Assembly (NCBI RefSeq): GCF_001194135.2
Contig: NC_068999.1
Coordinates: 15,581,435 to 15,645,434, forward strand
Reading direction: 5' to 3'
Length of the DNA stretch: 64,000 nucleotides
From: Octopus bimaculoides
Lineage: Eukaryota
Shown here: in pieces, positions 1-12,272 of the stretch
Layout: every line of letters starts with the position of its first letter
Numbering within the stretch: position 1 is the stretch's first letter
Notes under the pieces: model-generated
Told to the model about the DNA's origin: nothing
The model's database searches: none
The model's input: only the letters and a program-made list of their open reading frames with translations
Program-made: the position numbers and the translations under genes

Positions 1-275
1 TGCTATATGGCACTTAATCTCTATCTTCGAAGAAATATATAAATAAATAAAATATAGAGATCATAGGAGGGAACTTATAGGAAAATCATAACTGTTGTCT
101 CTCCTGCATTGGACTTCCATCCTGGATAAAACACGCATAAAAGACGTCCAGGAGTATAACCTAATGCTGGTTTCCCTCAGGGTACATACCGGAAGAGTAG
201 ACTATATGAGAACATAACATTTTTGAATTATAACTATTTAAAATTAAATTACTGTGCTTTATGTTTCAGAAAATA

Positions 276-332
<57 letters not shown>

Positions 333-1145
333 TACACTTGGATGTATGCTTTGTGTGTGTGTGTGCATTTTGGTGTGCGCACACAATTTGTATGGATGCC
401 CATGCACCTACTTGTATATTTATATTTCTATGAATTTGGACATGAACGATTATTCTCACATAAAAAGTTTAAGGAATCAATGAATCTACTGTGAATACAG
501 TTGATTTTAATGATGGTGGAAGAATGCTAGAGAAACCGCGATTATGCTTTTTCTATAAGTTATCTCTCACGATCTGTAATATTTATTTATCTTGAAATCC
601 CGTACAATCTCGTGCTGCTTCGTTTATTCTCATCGAAGATGGAGACGAATATTACCGTTTCAATCCGACAGGCTTGGTAACTGAGAGTTGTCTTACATGA
701 AACCAAATAAAATAAAATATATAGGTGTGTGTGCGCGCGTGTGCGATTGCGTTTAATTCGATGTCACATTATTGAATGTGCTTTGTTTATGCGCTCATTG
801 GCTGCGAGATAGTAACAGAAGGAGAAAAAATCCCTGTATGACACTAAATACCTAAAATTGAGCGTGATGAGAATGATGGATATCGATATTTTGTTGTCTT
901 TGCAGCTCTTCAAGATAACTGCAATTACTGGTCTGAGGGGTTTATACATATAGTGTATAGTCTATCCACTGAAGTGCAATAAAGTAACACAAATAAACGA
1001 ACAAATGTTCGCCATATCTCTCATTGGTGTTTGTCTAAAATGGACGGTGAAACCAGTTGATATATATACTTTTCTGCTGTATTTGGTTTATAGTTCATCT
1101 GCGTAGCCTTGTGTCTGTATTCGAGTTTTGCTTTGTATTATTTTA

Positions 1146-1332
1146 ATCTTTTATTCTTTTACTTGCTTCGTTCATTGGACTGCGGCCATGCTGAATAACC
1201 GCCTATTATCCAGACAAATTGACTCCAGGACTTATTCTTTGTAAGCTTGGTACTTATTCTATCGATCAATTTTGCCAAACCACTAATTTAGGGAAACGTA
1301 GACACACCAACAACAATTGCCCATTGATGCAC

Positions 1333-1377
<45 letters not shown>

Positions 1378-1463
1378 CACCACGGGCTTCTTTTCAGTTT
1401 TCGTCTACCAAATCCATTCAGCCCGAAGCTATAGTAGAAGACACTTGCCCAAGGTGTCACGCG
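1146..1463 (-). mobile_element. SINE family A (CORE-like, internal microsatellite), 5'-truncated
   Basis: The reverse complement has gtgacaccttgggcaagtgtcttctactatagc, ggatttggtagacgaaaactgaaaagaagccc, an internal (TA)/(TG) tract, and a cagcatggccgcagtc...gtaaaagaataaaag tail. Confidence 0.85.
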
Positions 1464-2409
1464 TGTATGTGTTGTATGTGTACTAATCTTGTTCTGAAAG
1501 TGTTAGATTTTAGTACATATTTGTAGGATGATGTTACTTAGTCGAAAACTTTTCTTGGATGATTATGTCGACACTAAGTGTATTTATTTTTGATTGAGGC
1601 ACTTTGTCATATTTATTTATATATTGCAGTATTTTGCTCACTTTTAGAATGGACAATGAACTGAAGAACGGCAAACAATTTCAGAAATAATTATAAGACA
1701 ACCAAGATACAAAAATCGATTTACAGAGAAAATAAAAGGAAAACAGACTCAAGATTTATTAGAAAATAATATAAAATTGGCGGATGACATTCGTAGTCAA
1801 TGCTGTATTTAGAAAACATTAGTAATCAGCTAATAAAACAATTAACATTAGGCAAAATAACATGATTCAATGGTAGAAAACCTGCACAAATATAGTTGAC
1901 AGTTCACTTGAAGATTGCAGCTACGTGAAACTTGGGTCGCTAGAAGAAATTAGTTTTAAATAAAGATTAACAGTATCTCTTCCATTGACTCACAGTGAAA
2001 CATTTCAATTTTTATGCATATGTATATATGCATCTCTCTATCTCTTTCTCTCTCTGTCTCTTTATATATATATNNNNNNNNNNNNNNNNNNNNNNNNNNN
2101 NNNNNNNNNNNNNNNNNNNNNNNNNNNNNNNNNNNNNNNNNNNNNNNNNNNNNNNNNNNNNNNNNNNNNNNNNNNNNNNNNNNNNNNNNNNNNNNNNNNN
2201 NNNNNNNNNNNNNNNNNNNNNNNNNNNNNNNNNNNNNNNNNNNNNNNNNNNNNNNNNNNNNNNNNNNNNNNNNNNNNNNNNNNNNNNNNNNNNNNNNNNN
2301 NNNNNNNNNNNNNNNNNNNNNNNNNNNNNNNNNNNNNNNNNNNNNNNNNNNNNNNNNNNNNNNNNNNNNNNNNNNNNNNNNNNNNNNNNNNNNNNNTATA
2401 TATATAGTC

Positions 2410-2592
2410 ATAATTTACAAAAAAAACAAAAGACGAAGACGGATGTGTAAACAACAAACAGGTGTATTAGTTTAACGCTCGGGGAGTGAGAAAGTCTTTT
2501 ACGTTTCGAGCCTACGCTCTTCGACAGAAAGGAACACAAAATAAATAAGGAGAGAAAATTGAAAAAGGTTTAGTGGCTAACGATATATGCAC
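2410..2592 (-). mobile_element. Penelope-like element terminal repeat (pLTR) fragment
   Basis: The minus strand carries cctttctgtcgaagagcgtaggctcgaaacgtaaaagactttctc, the 'ctgNNgaag-stem-cgaaacgt' signature of PLE termini. It lies next to a PLE coding remnant. Confidence 0.65.
2496..2531 (-). ncRNA. Minimal type I hammerhead-ribozyme-like motif (variant core)
   Basis: CTTT-CTGTCGA-A-GAGC-GTAG-GCTC-GAAA-CGT-A-AAAG: stem I CTTT/AAAG, stem II GAGC/GCTC, palindromic ACGT stem III, GUA cleavage triplet. The core has A6 replaced by U. Confidence 0.55.
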
Positions 2593-2794
2593 ATGTGCTA
2601 GTTAGTGAGGAAATAAAACAAATGGCACTCGACATATTTCATTGGGCCTTATTGGCACATAAAACGCGTCTACCTCAACCTAAGTTTGAGGGCGTAGTGA
2701 AATACAAAATAGCTTCTAGGGCTGTATTTGTCAGCTCACCTAACGTGGTATTAATGCTTTCGAAGAAATTCGAGCTAATTTTGTTACCTTTAGA

Positions 2795-3092
2795 CTTTTA
2801 AAAGCTTCTTTCGAAAACCAATAGATATTAAAAATCTTCGTTCCCTACATTGTCAAGGTCAGTTAATCCTGTCTACTTTGACATCAGCATTTCAAACATC
2901 GCACGCTACAATATTTGCAACAATAAGTCTACACAGCCTCAAAACCACACCCTCCCAAGATGTAACTGTCAGAATTTCCCTTTACGAGGATCATGTATCT
3001 CAAATGTTGTAATCTATACAGCCACCCTCACACCATCCAATCGCATTACAAAACATTACACGTGCAAGACATCCAATCACATGGTCCCATGA
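2795..3092 (+). mobile_element. Degenerate Penelope-like ORF remnant (RT-to-GIY-YIG linker and start of the GIY-YIG endonuclease)
   Basis: KIFVPYIVKVS*SC (2831-2872) resembles the PLE motif KIFNRNTVKVSYSC. After a frameshift, CNCQNFPLRGSCISNVVIYTATLTPSNRITKHY (from 2961) resembles CNC...CPL.G.C....VIY.ATV. Confidence 0.7.
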
Positions 3093-3738
3093 CGAAGCGG
3101 GTTGAATAAATTTTCAAAGCTTTACTTTGGCATACACATGGTGTCTTGTGTGGGTGAAACTAACAAAAAATAATAGAAGTTTATATGCATTAGCTCTCAT
3201 CGACTCTTAGTAATATATTCCTGTTTTAATACATACTTAAATATAGTATCGATATATTCCAATCTTCAATTAAGTCGTGTAGTATGCCAAGAATCGTTTA
3301 TTAATATTCCATCCATCGTTCTATCCATTCCTTCATTCTTAATATCATTCTCTTGTAACATCTCTCTTTCATTGGACTCTCTCTCAATAATTATATCAGC
3401 CTTTCAAAACTAATGCTCAACTTCCCTTGTTTTCTAAACTACGGAAACATATTATACATAGATGTTTCATCTTATTATTCAAAGCATTCTTTCTATTTAT
3501 TATTTATTTATTATTTTTTTTTCTGTATGATCTTCGATATGTTTCTCATAAAGTAAATTTATATAAATATTGTACAATAAATTTTGTAACCATTGTAATT
3601 TCCATATGAACTCTGAAGAGACTCAAAGAAAATTCGCAATACATATTGGTGCATGAAGCCATTCACTCTCATTCGCACTCTGCGCGTATATACACACGTA
3701 TGTATATGTATGTATATATAAGTATGTACATTAATATA

Positions 3739-3809
<71 letters not shown>

Positions 3810-5664
3810 NNNNNNNNNNNNNNNNNNNNNNNNNNNNNNNNNNNNNNNNNNNNNNNNNNNNNNNNNNNNNNNNNNNNNNNNNNNNNNNNNNNNNNNNNNN
3901 NNNNNNNNNNNNNNNNNNNNNNNNNNNNNNNNNNNNNNNNNNNNNNNNNNNNNNNNNNNNNNNNNNNNNNNNNNNNNNNNNNNNNNNNNNNNNNNNNNNN
4001 NNNNNNNNNNNNNNNNNNNNNNNNNNNNNNNNNNNNNNNNNNNNNNNNNNNNNNNNNNNNNNNNNNNNNNNNNNNNNNNNNNNNNNNNNNNNNNNNNNNN
4101 NNNNNNNNNNNNNNNNNNNNNNNNNNNNNNNNNNNNNNNNNNNNNNNNNNNNNNNNNNNNNNNNNNNNNNNNNNNNNNNNNNNNNNNNNNNNNNNNNNNN
4201 NNNNNNNNNNNNNNNNNNNNNNNNNNNNNNNNNNNNNNNNNNNNNNNNNNNNNNNNNNNNNNNNNNNNNNNNNNNNNNNNNNNNNNNNNNNNNNNNNNNN
4301 NNNNNNNNNNNNNNNNNNNNNNNNNNNNNNNNNNNNNNNNNNNNNNNNNNNNNNNNNNNNNNNNNNNNNNNNNNNNNNNNNNNNNNNNNNNNNNNNNNNN
4401 NNNNNNNNNNNNNNNNNNNNNNNNNNNNNNNNNNNNNNNNNNNNNNNNNNNNNNNNNNNNNNNNNNNNNNNNNNNNNNNNNNNNNNNNNNNNNNNNNNNN
4501 NNNNNNNNNNNNNNNNNNNNNNNNNNNNNNNNNNNNNNNNNNNNNNNNNNNNNNNNNNNNNNNNNNNNNNNNNNNNNNNNNNNNNNNNNNNNNNNNNNNN
4601 NNNNNNNNNNNNNNNNNNNNNNNNNNNNNNNNNATATATATATATATATATACGTACAGAGAGATATAGACATGCACAAGGGGAGGGAGAGAGGCAAAAA
4701 AGGAGAGACATAAATAGATACATGCTCATATATGGAAACTATAATGTACTTCTGTGTATTTCATACACATAAGAGTATCAAGAAAACTGTTTGTCTTGGA
4801 AGATATTGTACAAAATGCACTGGCAGATGACTTGCTCAATGTGATACGCTTGAATCTTTCGATATAAACTGTTAACTATTTGAAGCAGTAAAGTCACTCC
4901 AGCAGAACTATATCCTACCACTAACGTGTTGAAGTACTTTTATGCTTTGAAATATTTCTAAGAGAAATTCTAATTGATTATTCTACAATAAACCATTGTG
5001 AACAAAGGAATATATAGTAAAAGTGTAATAAAAACATATAACGGAAGCTCATAAAATGTAAACGCATGTATGAAGGATAAACATGTGCATACTCGAGTAT
5101 GAAAAACTACAGGAAAGAACGCACATGCACGAAGATGTTTATGCATATGAGCAAACAGCGTTGGTTAATCTATTATACACTGACACACATACATAAATGC
5201 ATACATACGTCAGTATGTATTGATATATATTTATATATAATATATAGGTGAGAATGTATATGTATGCATAAGTATATATCTCCATATATCCGTATACAGT
5301 ATATATCCGTATAAAGTNNNNNNNNNNNNNNNNNNNNNNNNNNNNNNNNNNNNNNNNNNNNNNNNNNNNNNNNNNNNNNNNNNNNNNNNNNNNNNNNNNN
5401 NNNNNNNNNNNNNNNNNATCAAAGAAATGGATGCATTCTTGCGTGCGAGCATCAAGTAATCTCTATTGATAACGGATGAGTTGCTTCATCTTTATTTTTC
5501 TTGTGGATTATAAAGTATTTATCACTTGTGTCTTTGAAACCAACCCACCCCCATTCGACGAAAAAATAATCTTAAGCATAACATAATTATGAACATAAAG
5601 AAACAGAATCAAACGAGAGTAAAATTCGGCAACTATAAAAGCAATGACCAAACTATTGGACTAT

Positions 5665-5678
5665 GATAGATAGATAGC

Positions 5679-5724
<46 letters not shown>

Positions 5725-5760
5725 CATCCATACATACATATATACTTACATACATACATC
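5665..5760 (+). repeat. (GATA)n then (CATA)n tetranucleotide microsatellite
   Basis: Direct reading. Confidence 0.95.
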
Positions 5761-6144
5761 CATTTTTAGTATTATAGAATATGTGTGTGTGTATGTGTGT
5801 GTGTGTATTGTTGTTCGTCTGCGTGTGATTGTCTGTATCTATGTCTGTGCCTCAGTGTGTTATGTAGACATTATATATGAGTTTTCTTTTCCTACACACT
5901 CGCACACACACACTTCCATACATAAATACACTCTCGTACTCCTGTGTATACCTACAGACCTTTGTATAAATGTAATTTTGTTTATGTGTGTTTTTTAATC
6001 TCTTGAAATAGTATCTAAATATGGCTTATATATGCTTCTATGCATATATTTCTTAAACCGCTTTTTAAACTACATTTTTTTTGAAATGTAGTTCACTTGA
6101 TATATATTTATAATTTCTTGTAAGTATATAACTATGTCTGTCAG

Positions 6145-6148
6145 TCTT

Positions 6149-6230
<82 letters not shown>

Positions 6231-6245
6231 CCTATCTATACATAC
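6145..6245 (+). repeat. (CT)n then (CTAT)n microsatellite
   Basis: Direct reading. Confidence 0.95.
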
Positions 6246-6908
6246 ACCTCCGAAGCTAGATCCTCGTAGGTAATTTATTTTGGAATTTACTCTAATTCAT
6301 GATAACAATCTGTAATATGACATTTCGAATTGACTCTCCATAATAATTTCCAAATATGGAAACGGTATTTCCATACTATATTCTATAAATGTTTTTCAAT
6401 ATATGTAGTTTGGGTTTTTTTTATGCTGAGTTCAATAACCTTGCTTAACCATACCCTCTGAATAAGAAAATGCATCAATGATCAGAAGTAAACAATTTAA
6501 ATGGGGACCACATTTCCATATTAAAAGAATTGGGTACAGTTTATTCATACTGAATCCAGTAGGATTCGAACATACTCCGTGATAAGTTTCATTTTCCAAA
6601 GATCTGAGAGGCAGAGATATAAGAGAACTTGGATGGAATAAAACTTGCTTTGATCCCCTTGGGTAGGGTGTAACTGCAATTCAATCGTCATTATTCTCAG
6701 TTAGTATTTCACGCAGATTGTCCCTGAAAATTACTAAAACAATGGCTGCAACTATTGAATATTCACTTCGCAGGTTAAATGAAATCAATATCTATAAAAT
6801 AATATATAATTCAGTAGATCTGAAATTCGTTGATCGAAGCCCCTTGGTATTCATGTATGCATATGTACTTCTGTGTATGTTTCGGCGTGAGTGTATGCTA
6901 TAATTCGA

Positions 6909-7076
6909 CGGTGTGGCTGTGTGGCAAGAAGCTTGCTTCCCAACCTCATAATTCCAGTGCGAGTTTAATTGCGTGGCACCTTGGGCAAGTGTCTTCTACT
7001 ATGGCCCTGTGGAACCAACGCCTTCTGTGTGGATTTGGTAGATAGAAATTAAATGAAGTCCGTTGTGTGTGTGTAA

Positions 7077-7108
<32 letters not shown>

Positions 7109-7309
7109 TTGTACGTTTCCCACCAACGTTTGACAACTGGTGTCGGTGTGCTTATCTCCCCGCTACATAGCGGTTCGGAAAAAGAAATCGACAGAATAAG
7201 CACAAGGCTAAATAAACAAAAGTAGTGGGTTCGTTTCATTCCACTAAAAATTCTTCGAAGCGGTGCCCCTGAATGCTCGCAGTTTTAATGTTTGAAACGT
7301 GTAAAAGAT
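6909..7309 (+). mobile_element. SINE family A, near full length
   Basis: tRNA-like head gtgtggctgtgtggcaagaagcttgcttcccaacc, CORE-like gcgtggcaccttgggcaagtgtcttctactat, internal (TG)n, then gcggttcgg...gaataag and a gtaaaagat end. Confidence 0.85.
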
Positions 7310-9063
7310 CAACGAAGAAATATGTAAACGATAGGAAAGTCGATGAAAGTGCTTTTGAATTACAAATATCATGTAATGTTTATTTCGTCCAAGTTTTACT
7401 TTCACAAATGCTATGAAGCAATAGTTGATCCATCGGTACCTATATGCAATGAATCATTTGCACACATATTATGATACGAAATATAAAAGATATACGGATT
7501 TAAGTTAAAAGCTTGTTGCAGTCTTCAGTACTACGGGGACTATTTCTTACTCTGTGTCTTCAGAGTATCTGAGAGAAATTAAAAATATGAATATTATAAT
7601 TTAAATGAAGATAGCTGAATGACAGTTCTTCATCAAATTCCAATCATGCAATTTAATTAGGTTTAGGATTAAAACCTCTCCATGCTTGACTACCTCATTC
7701 ATCTGTTTGTTTATTTTGTTTAGGTGTAGTATATTTAGGTATATACTATCCAGCGAGTCTTCTTTTATGAAAGACAGGATGGTTATATAAAGGGTGTATT
7801 TAACTATCGGTTATATTGAGTCGAGTGGTAGAAGGTTAAATTTTTTGTCTTACTGTGTTATGAAAAAAATGTTTGCTTAAATCTCCTGTGTCCTGTTGTT
7901 AAGATATCGTTTTTGTATACCAGCTTCGATGTGAAGTAACCAATAAATATTCATTTATTCAGAATCAGAAATGCATTCGAACGTTGAATCCCCAGGGAAC
8001 ATTCATAATTACTCTGCAATAGTTAGAGTTCACGTTTCTGTTATCTCTATTTATATCTGATGCCCAGTTAACACTGATGTTGCTGGTCTGAAAACAATTT
8101 AGAAGTAATCTATACAAGCTGAAGCAGAATATATCCCTATAAATATACCAATTGTTTGTAATAATGCCATTTAATCACTTTAGTACTTCGAACACACAAA
8201 TATCTAAAACTGCTATCCACATTCGGTAAATTTTCACAGTATAAAGCCTTTGTAAGAAATCCCATTAACACATATTTTCTCACTTTTCTCTATATAACAA
8301 GTTTATGCTAATATAATGTTAAATCTCATTGCCAACTTCATCAATCATTCTGAAAACTCGGCGTACGCCTATCTTATATTTCTACCAATATTAATAATGC
8401 TATAAAGCATACATTATCTCTTTTCTCTAGCATCGGTACCTCATAAAACTTGTCTGCAGCTTGTGTATTTTGGCAGAGAATAAGATATATATATGTGTGT
8501 GTGTGTAAGTGTGCACGCGTGTATATATATATATATATATATATATATNNNNNNNNNNNNNNNNNNNNNNNNNNNNNNNNNNNNNNNNNNNNNNNNNNNN
8601 NNNNNNNNNNNNNNNNNNNNNNNNNNNNNNNNNNNNNNNNNNNNNNNNNNNNNNNNNNNNNNNNNNNNNNNNNNNNNNNNNNNNNNNNNNNNNNNNNNNN
8701 NNNNNNNNNNNNNNNNNNNNNNNNNNNNNNNNNNNNNNNNNNNNNNNNNNNNNNNNNNNNNNNNNNNNNNNNNNNNNNNNNNNNNNNNNNNNNNNNNNNN
8801 NNNNNNNNNNNNNNNNNNNNNNNNNNNNNNNNNNNNNNNNNNNNNNNNNNNNNNNNNNNNNNNNNNNNNNNNNNNNNNNNNNNNNNNNNNNNNNNNNNNN
8901 NNNNNNNNNNNNNNNNNNNNNNNNNNNNNNNNNNNNNNNNNNNNNNNNNNNNNNNNNNNNNNNNNNNNNNNNNNNNNNNNNNNNNNNNNNNNNNNNNNNN
9001 NNNNNNNNNNNNNNNNNNNNNNNNNNNNNNNNNNNNNNNNNNNNNNNNNNNNNNNNNNNNNNN

Positions 9064-9152
<89 letters not shown>

Positions 9153-11244
9153 CGTGTATGTATGTATGAATATCGAAAAATACATACAATGTAGATAAAA
9201 TATAATAATATTCTCAGAGTGGATTTTACACTAAAATCTATTGTAGATTCATTTAGCTGACAGTTATTTCCAAGCTACAAAAACTACAGGGAGATATAGT
9301 TTATGGTCAAGTCTTTTAAAATCTGGTTGCTGTAAGTAAGCTTGACGTAAATTTGCAATGCTTGCTTGCACAGTACAGACTGTGAGCCAAGGTAAATGGC
9401 ATTGATAAAATGAAATGTGATGGTACTAGCCATTCCTGAATAAGTATTTTGTAATCAATTTGGTGTTCATGTTTAGTCGTAGATGAATCCTAATCGAGGA
9501 GTAAGTGCATTTTAGTTATGGCCATTTTTTTGTTTTAGATGTCCGATGTTCTACATTAACTTACGTGTCATGCATGTTGCAACTTTTAAAGACATTTCGT
9601 TATAACGTCTATGAGGTCGTTCGTTCATCCATTGAGACGTATTCTTGTTGCTAAGTACCTGCTGGTATCGTCAGTGCTTTTTCTGTAGTATTTACTTTTA
9701 CGAAAGACAAAGATCTATGTTTCAGCAGTTGCATGCCGACTCCAATTTCTCCTTAACTGTTCGCAGTAATTTTCCTGCAAATGTACCCACGTACTTATAA
9801 TAGAAATAAATTTTTGTAATGATCGGTTTTAGAATTATTGTGTGAGAAAATCGGAAAAAAACCGAGGTGATACATTGTGCCTATTTATGATACTTGTTTA
9901 AATTTTGTGTGTGTAACATTCTAAAATACAGAACTGGAAAATGCAAGATATCGTGCACATAAATTGCTATTTATAATTTCAATGGAGAAAATTATTTATA
10001 ACATGCAAAGAATTTCACTAATTCTTATGGAATTAGTGAAACTCCAGTTGTTGAGTTATAATTAAAGTTATTCAAAACAAGCATGAACATTTTCGATGCG
10101 CTAACAGGTCACTTTGTAGACTTTGATTCTGACAATGCATCACCTTAATCTGTAAATGACAAAATTCGATAAATTTGTGAAAAGTGTTAGTCTTTTAAAA
10201 TCTTCTCTGTTACTTGATTTGTAAATATCTAACAGACAACGGTTAATGTGTCCTCTGCATGATGTGAAATCAAGAAACAGAGATCTAGAAGAAATACCAA
10301 CTTTGCAAATCAACGTCTCTCGATATAAAGGTTTGGGTTAGGGTTTGGTTGTGTGGCAAAGGCACACCTCCAAACATCGATCCCAGTGTTCGACTGTTAC
10401 TTATTCTATCGATCTGAAAAGTACACCTAGGTCTCTGATATTATTAGATGCTGTGAGCGGTTCCCCTGGAGGAAGAGAGTACAGACTTTCTTCCAAAATA
10501 CATCAGCTCAAATTTTCCCTCGTTTAGTTGCATTTTGTTTTTGTCTACCCATTGACTCACAGAATATAGAGTTCGGTCTTCTTCTTCATTGATGATTTTC
10601 TGGAGCATAGTGTCATATATTTTCTTAAAAGTGATAATATTAGCTTCAGTTTACATCAAGCAGAAGGAATGCCTAGGAATTGTTGCTAGACTTCTTTTGC
10701 TCTTTAACATACTTATTTTTTTCTAAACGTACTTATCCTAAAATAACTTGATTTGTTGTTTCTTTACGATCTCTTCATCGGTTAAAATTATCCGAGACAT
10801 CAATTTGAATATTTTTCATCATCTGATGCTAGCAGGAGAATGTCATTTCTCATATTTTCAACGTAATGTCCGCAGTTGTAGATTTTTGTAAACAATCTTT
10901 GCTAGTCGTTCTACATTGATGAAATATGGAGCGTGTAAATCAAAACCATTTCCTACGAATCATGGTTTCCCGTGTATTTTCAATACTAGCTATGCATTAT
11001 GATTCTGTTTAATAATTCGAAAATACGAATTACGTTGGAAAGAGAAAATTATCAAGATATTTTATCTTGTTCCGATTAAGAAATACTATATTAAATCTAT
11101 TAGTTCTCTGTCATATAATTATGTGAAACTATATTATTTATATCATAATATAATTGATCCTATTCCACCTCCTCTTTCTCCTGCATCATCATCATCATCA
11201 TCATCATCACCGCTATTGTCGTTAAAATTATGGCTTTTATCGCT

Positions 11245-11451
11245 ATTCTTTTATTCTATTACTTGTTTCAGTCGTTTGACTGCGGCCATGGTGGAGAACC
11301 ACCTTTAGTCGAACAAATCGACCCCAGGATTTATTCTTTGTTGTATGCTTAGTACTTATTCTAATGGTCTCTTTTGTCGAGCCGCTAAGTTACGGGAGGT
11401 CAACACACCAACATTGGTTGTCAAGCGATGGTGGGAGACAAACAAGGAAAC

Positions 11452-11487
<36 letters not shown>

Positions 11488-11626
11488 GACGGGCTTGTTT
11501 CAGTTTCCGTCTACCAAATTCATTCACAAGACTTTGGTCGGTTCTAAGCTATAGTAGAAAGACGCTTGCCTAAGTTGCCACGCAGTGGGACTGTACTCGG
11601 AAACATGTGGTTGGGAAGCCTGCGCC
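11245..11626 (-). mobile_element. SINE family A, near full length with a deletion in the head
   Basis: The reverse complement matches 6909-7309 module by module; internal (TA)n at about 11457-11486. Confidence 0.85.
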
Positions 11627-11649
11627 TATGTTTAAGATATCTTTTTATC

Positions 11650-11746
11650 ACTGGTTTCAAATTTTGACAGAAGCCCAGCATTTCGGCGCTTGTCGGTAAG
11701 TCGGTTACATCGACCCCAGTGCTAATTATTCTGCCAGCTCGGCACT
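11650..11746 (-). mobile_element. SINE family B with a large internal deletion
   Basis: The reverse complement reads gagctggcagaataattAGCACtggggtcgatgtaaccgac...aaaatttgaaaccag: the head is joined directly to the 3' module. Confidence 0.75.
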
Positions 11747-11884
11747 CTTCAAAAAGCCAATGGAGTTTTGAAATATTATTCCCCTCAGAAAATGCTGAAT
11801 TGTTAATAAGTAACAACAAAAGCATTAACGAATCAATAACAAGACGTGAATATTATTACAGCACGTATTAAAGCGACACTATGT

Positions 11885-12272
11885 GGGGCAAAATGTTTAA
11901 GCAGGATTTCGTTCTTCTTTAAGTTTTGAGCTGAAATCCCATCGAGTTTGAGATTCGCCATTCATCCTTTCCTTATCTATGAAGTGAGTAACAGTTGGAC
12001 AGTCGGGGTTAATATAAGCGACTCTTACCTCCCAAAACATTTGAGGACTTGTGCCTATTGTAGAATGAATTATTTTGGTTCATATTATTAATGAGGCAAG
12101 TAAAATACATGGCAGTATTTCTTTTGTGTTTTCATTTGAAATACCACCGAGGTCAACTCTGCATTTCCTTCTCCCGGAAACGATGAAATAACGAACTGTT
12201 CAAGTCCTGGGGTCATTGTAATGGAATAACCCTCCCACTAAAATTGCTGTCCTTGTACCAAAATTAGAAAAA
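11885..12272 (+). mobile_element. Two diverged, 5'-truncated SINE family B copies (about 11885-12070 and 12138-12272)
   Basis: gggcaaaatgtttaagcaggatttcg...cattcatcc...gacttgtgcctattgtagaatgaat; and ccaccgaggtcaactctgc...ctggggtcattgtaat...aaattgctgtccttgtaccaaaattagaa. Confidence 0.65.

Noticed and set aside
1921-1945. Minus-strand acceptor ttcttctag followed by C GAC CCA, which would continue NFAKSG as G-D-P
   Set aside because: The frame reads G-D-P-S-F-T-stop with none of the expected downstream residues, so it is most likely chance. Only transcript data could rescue it as a truncating isoform.
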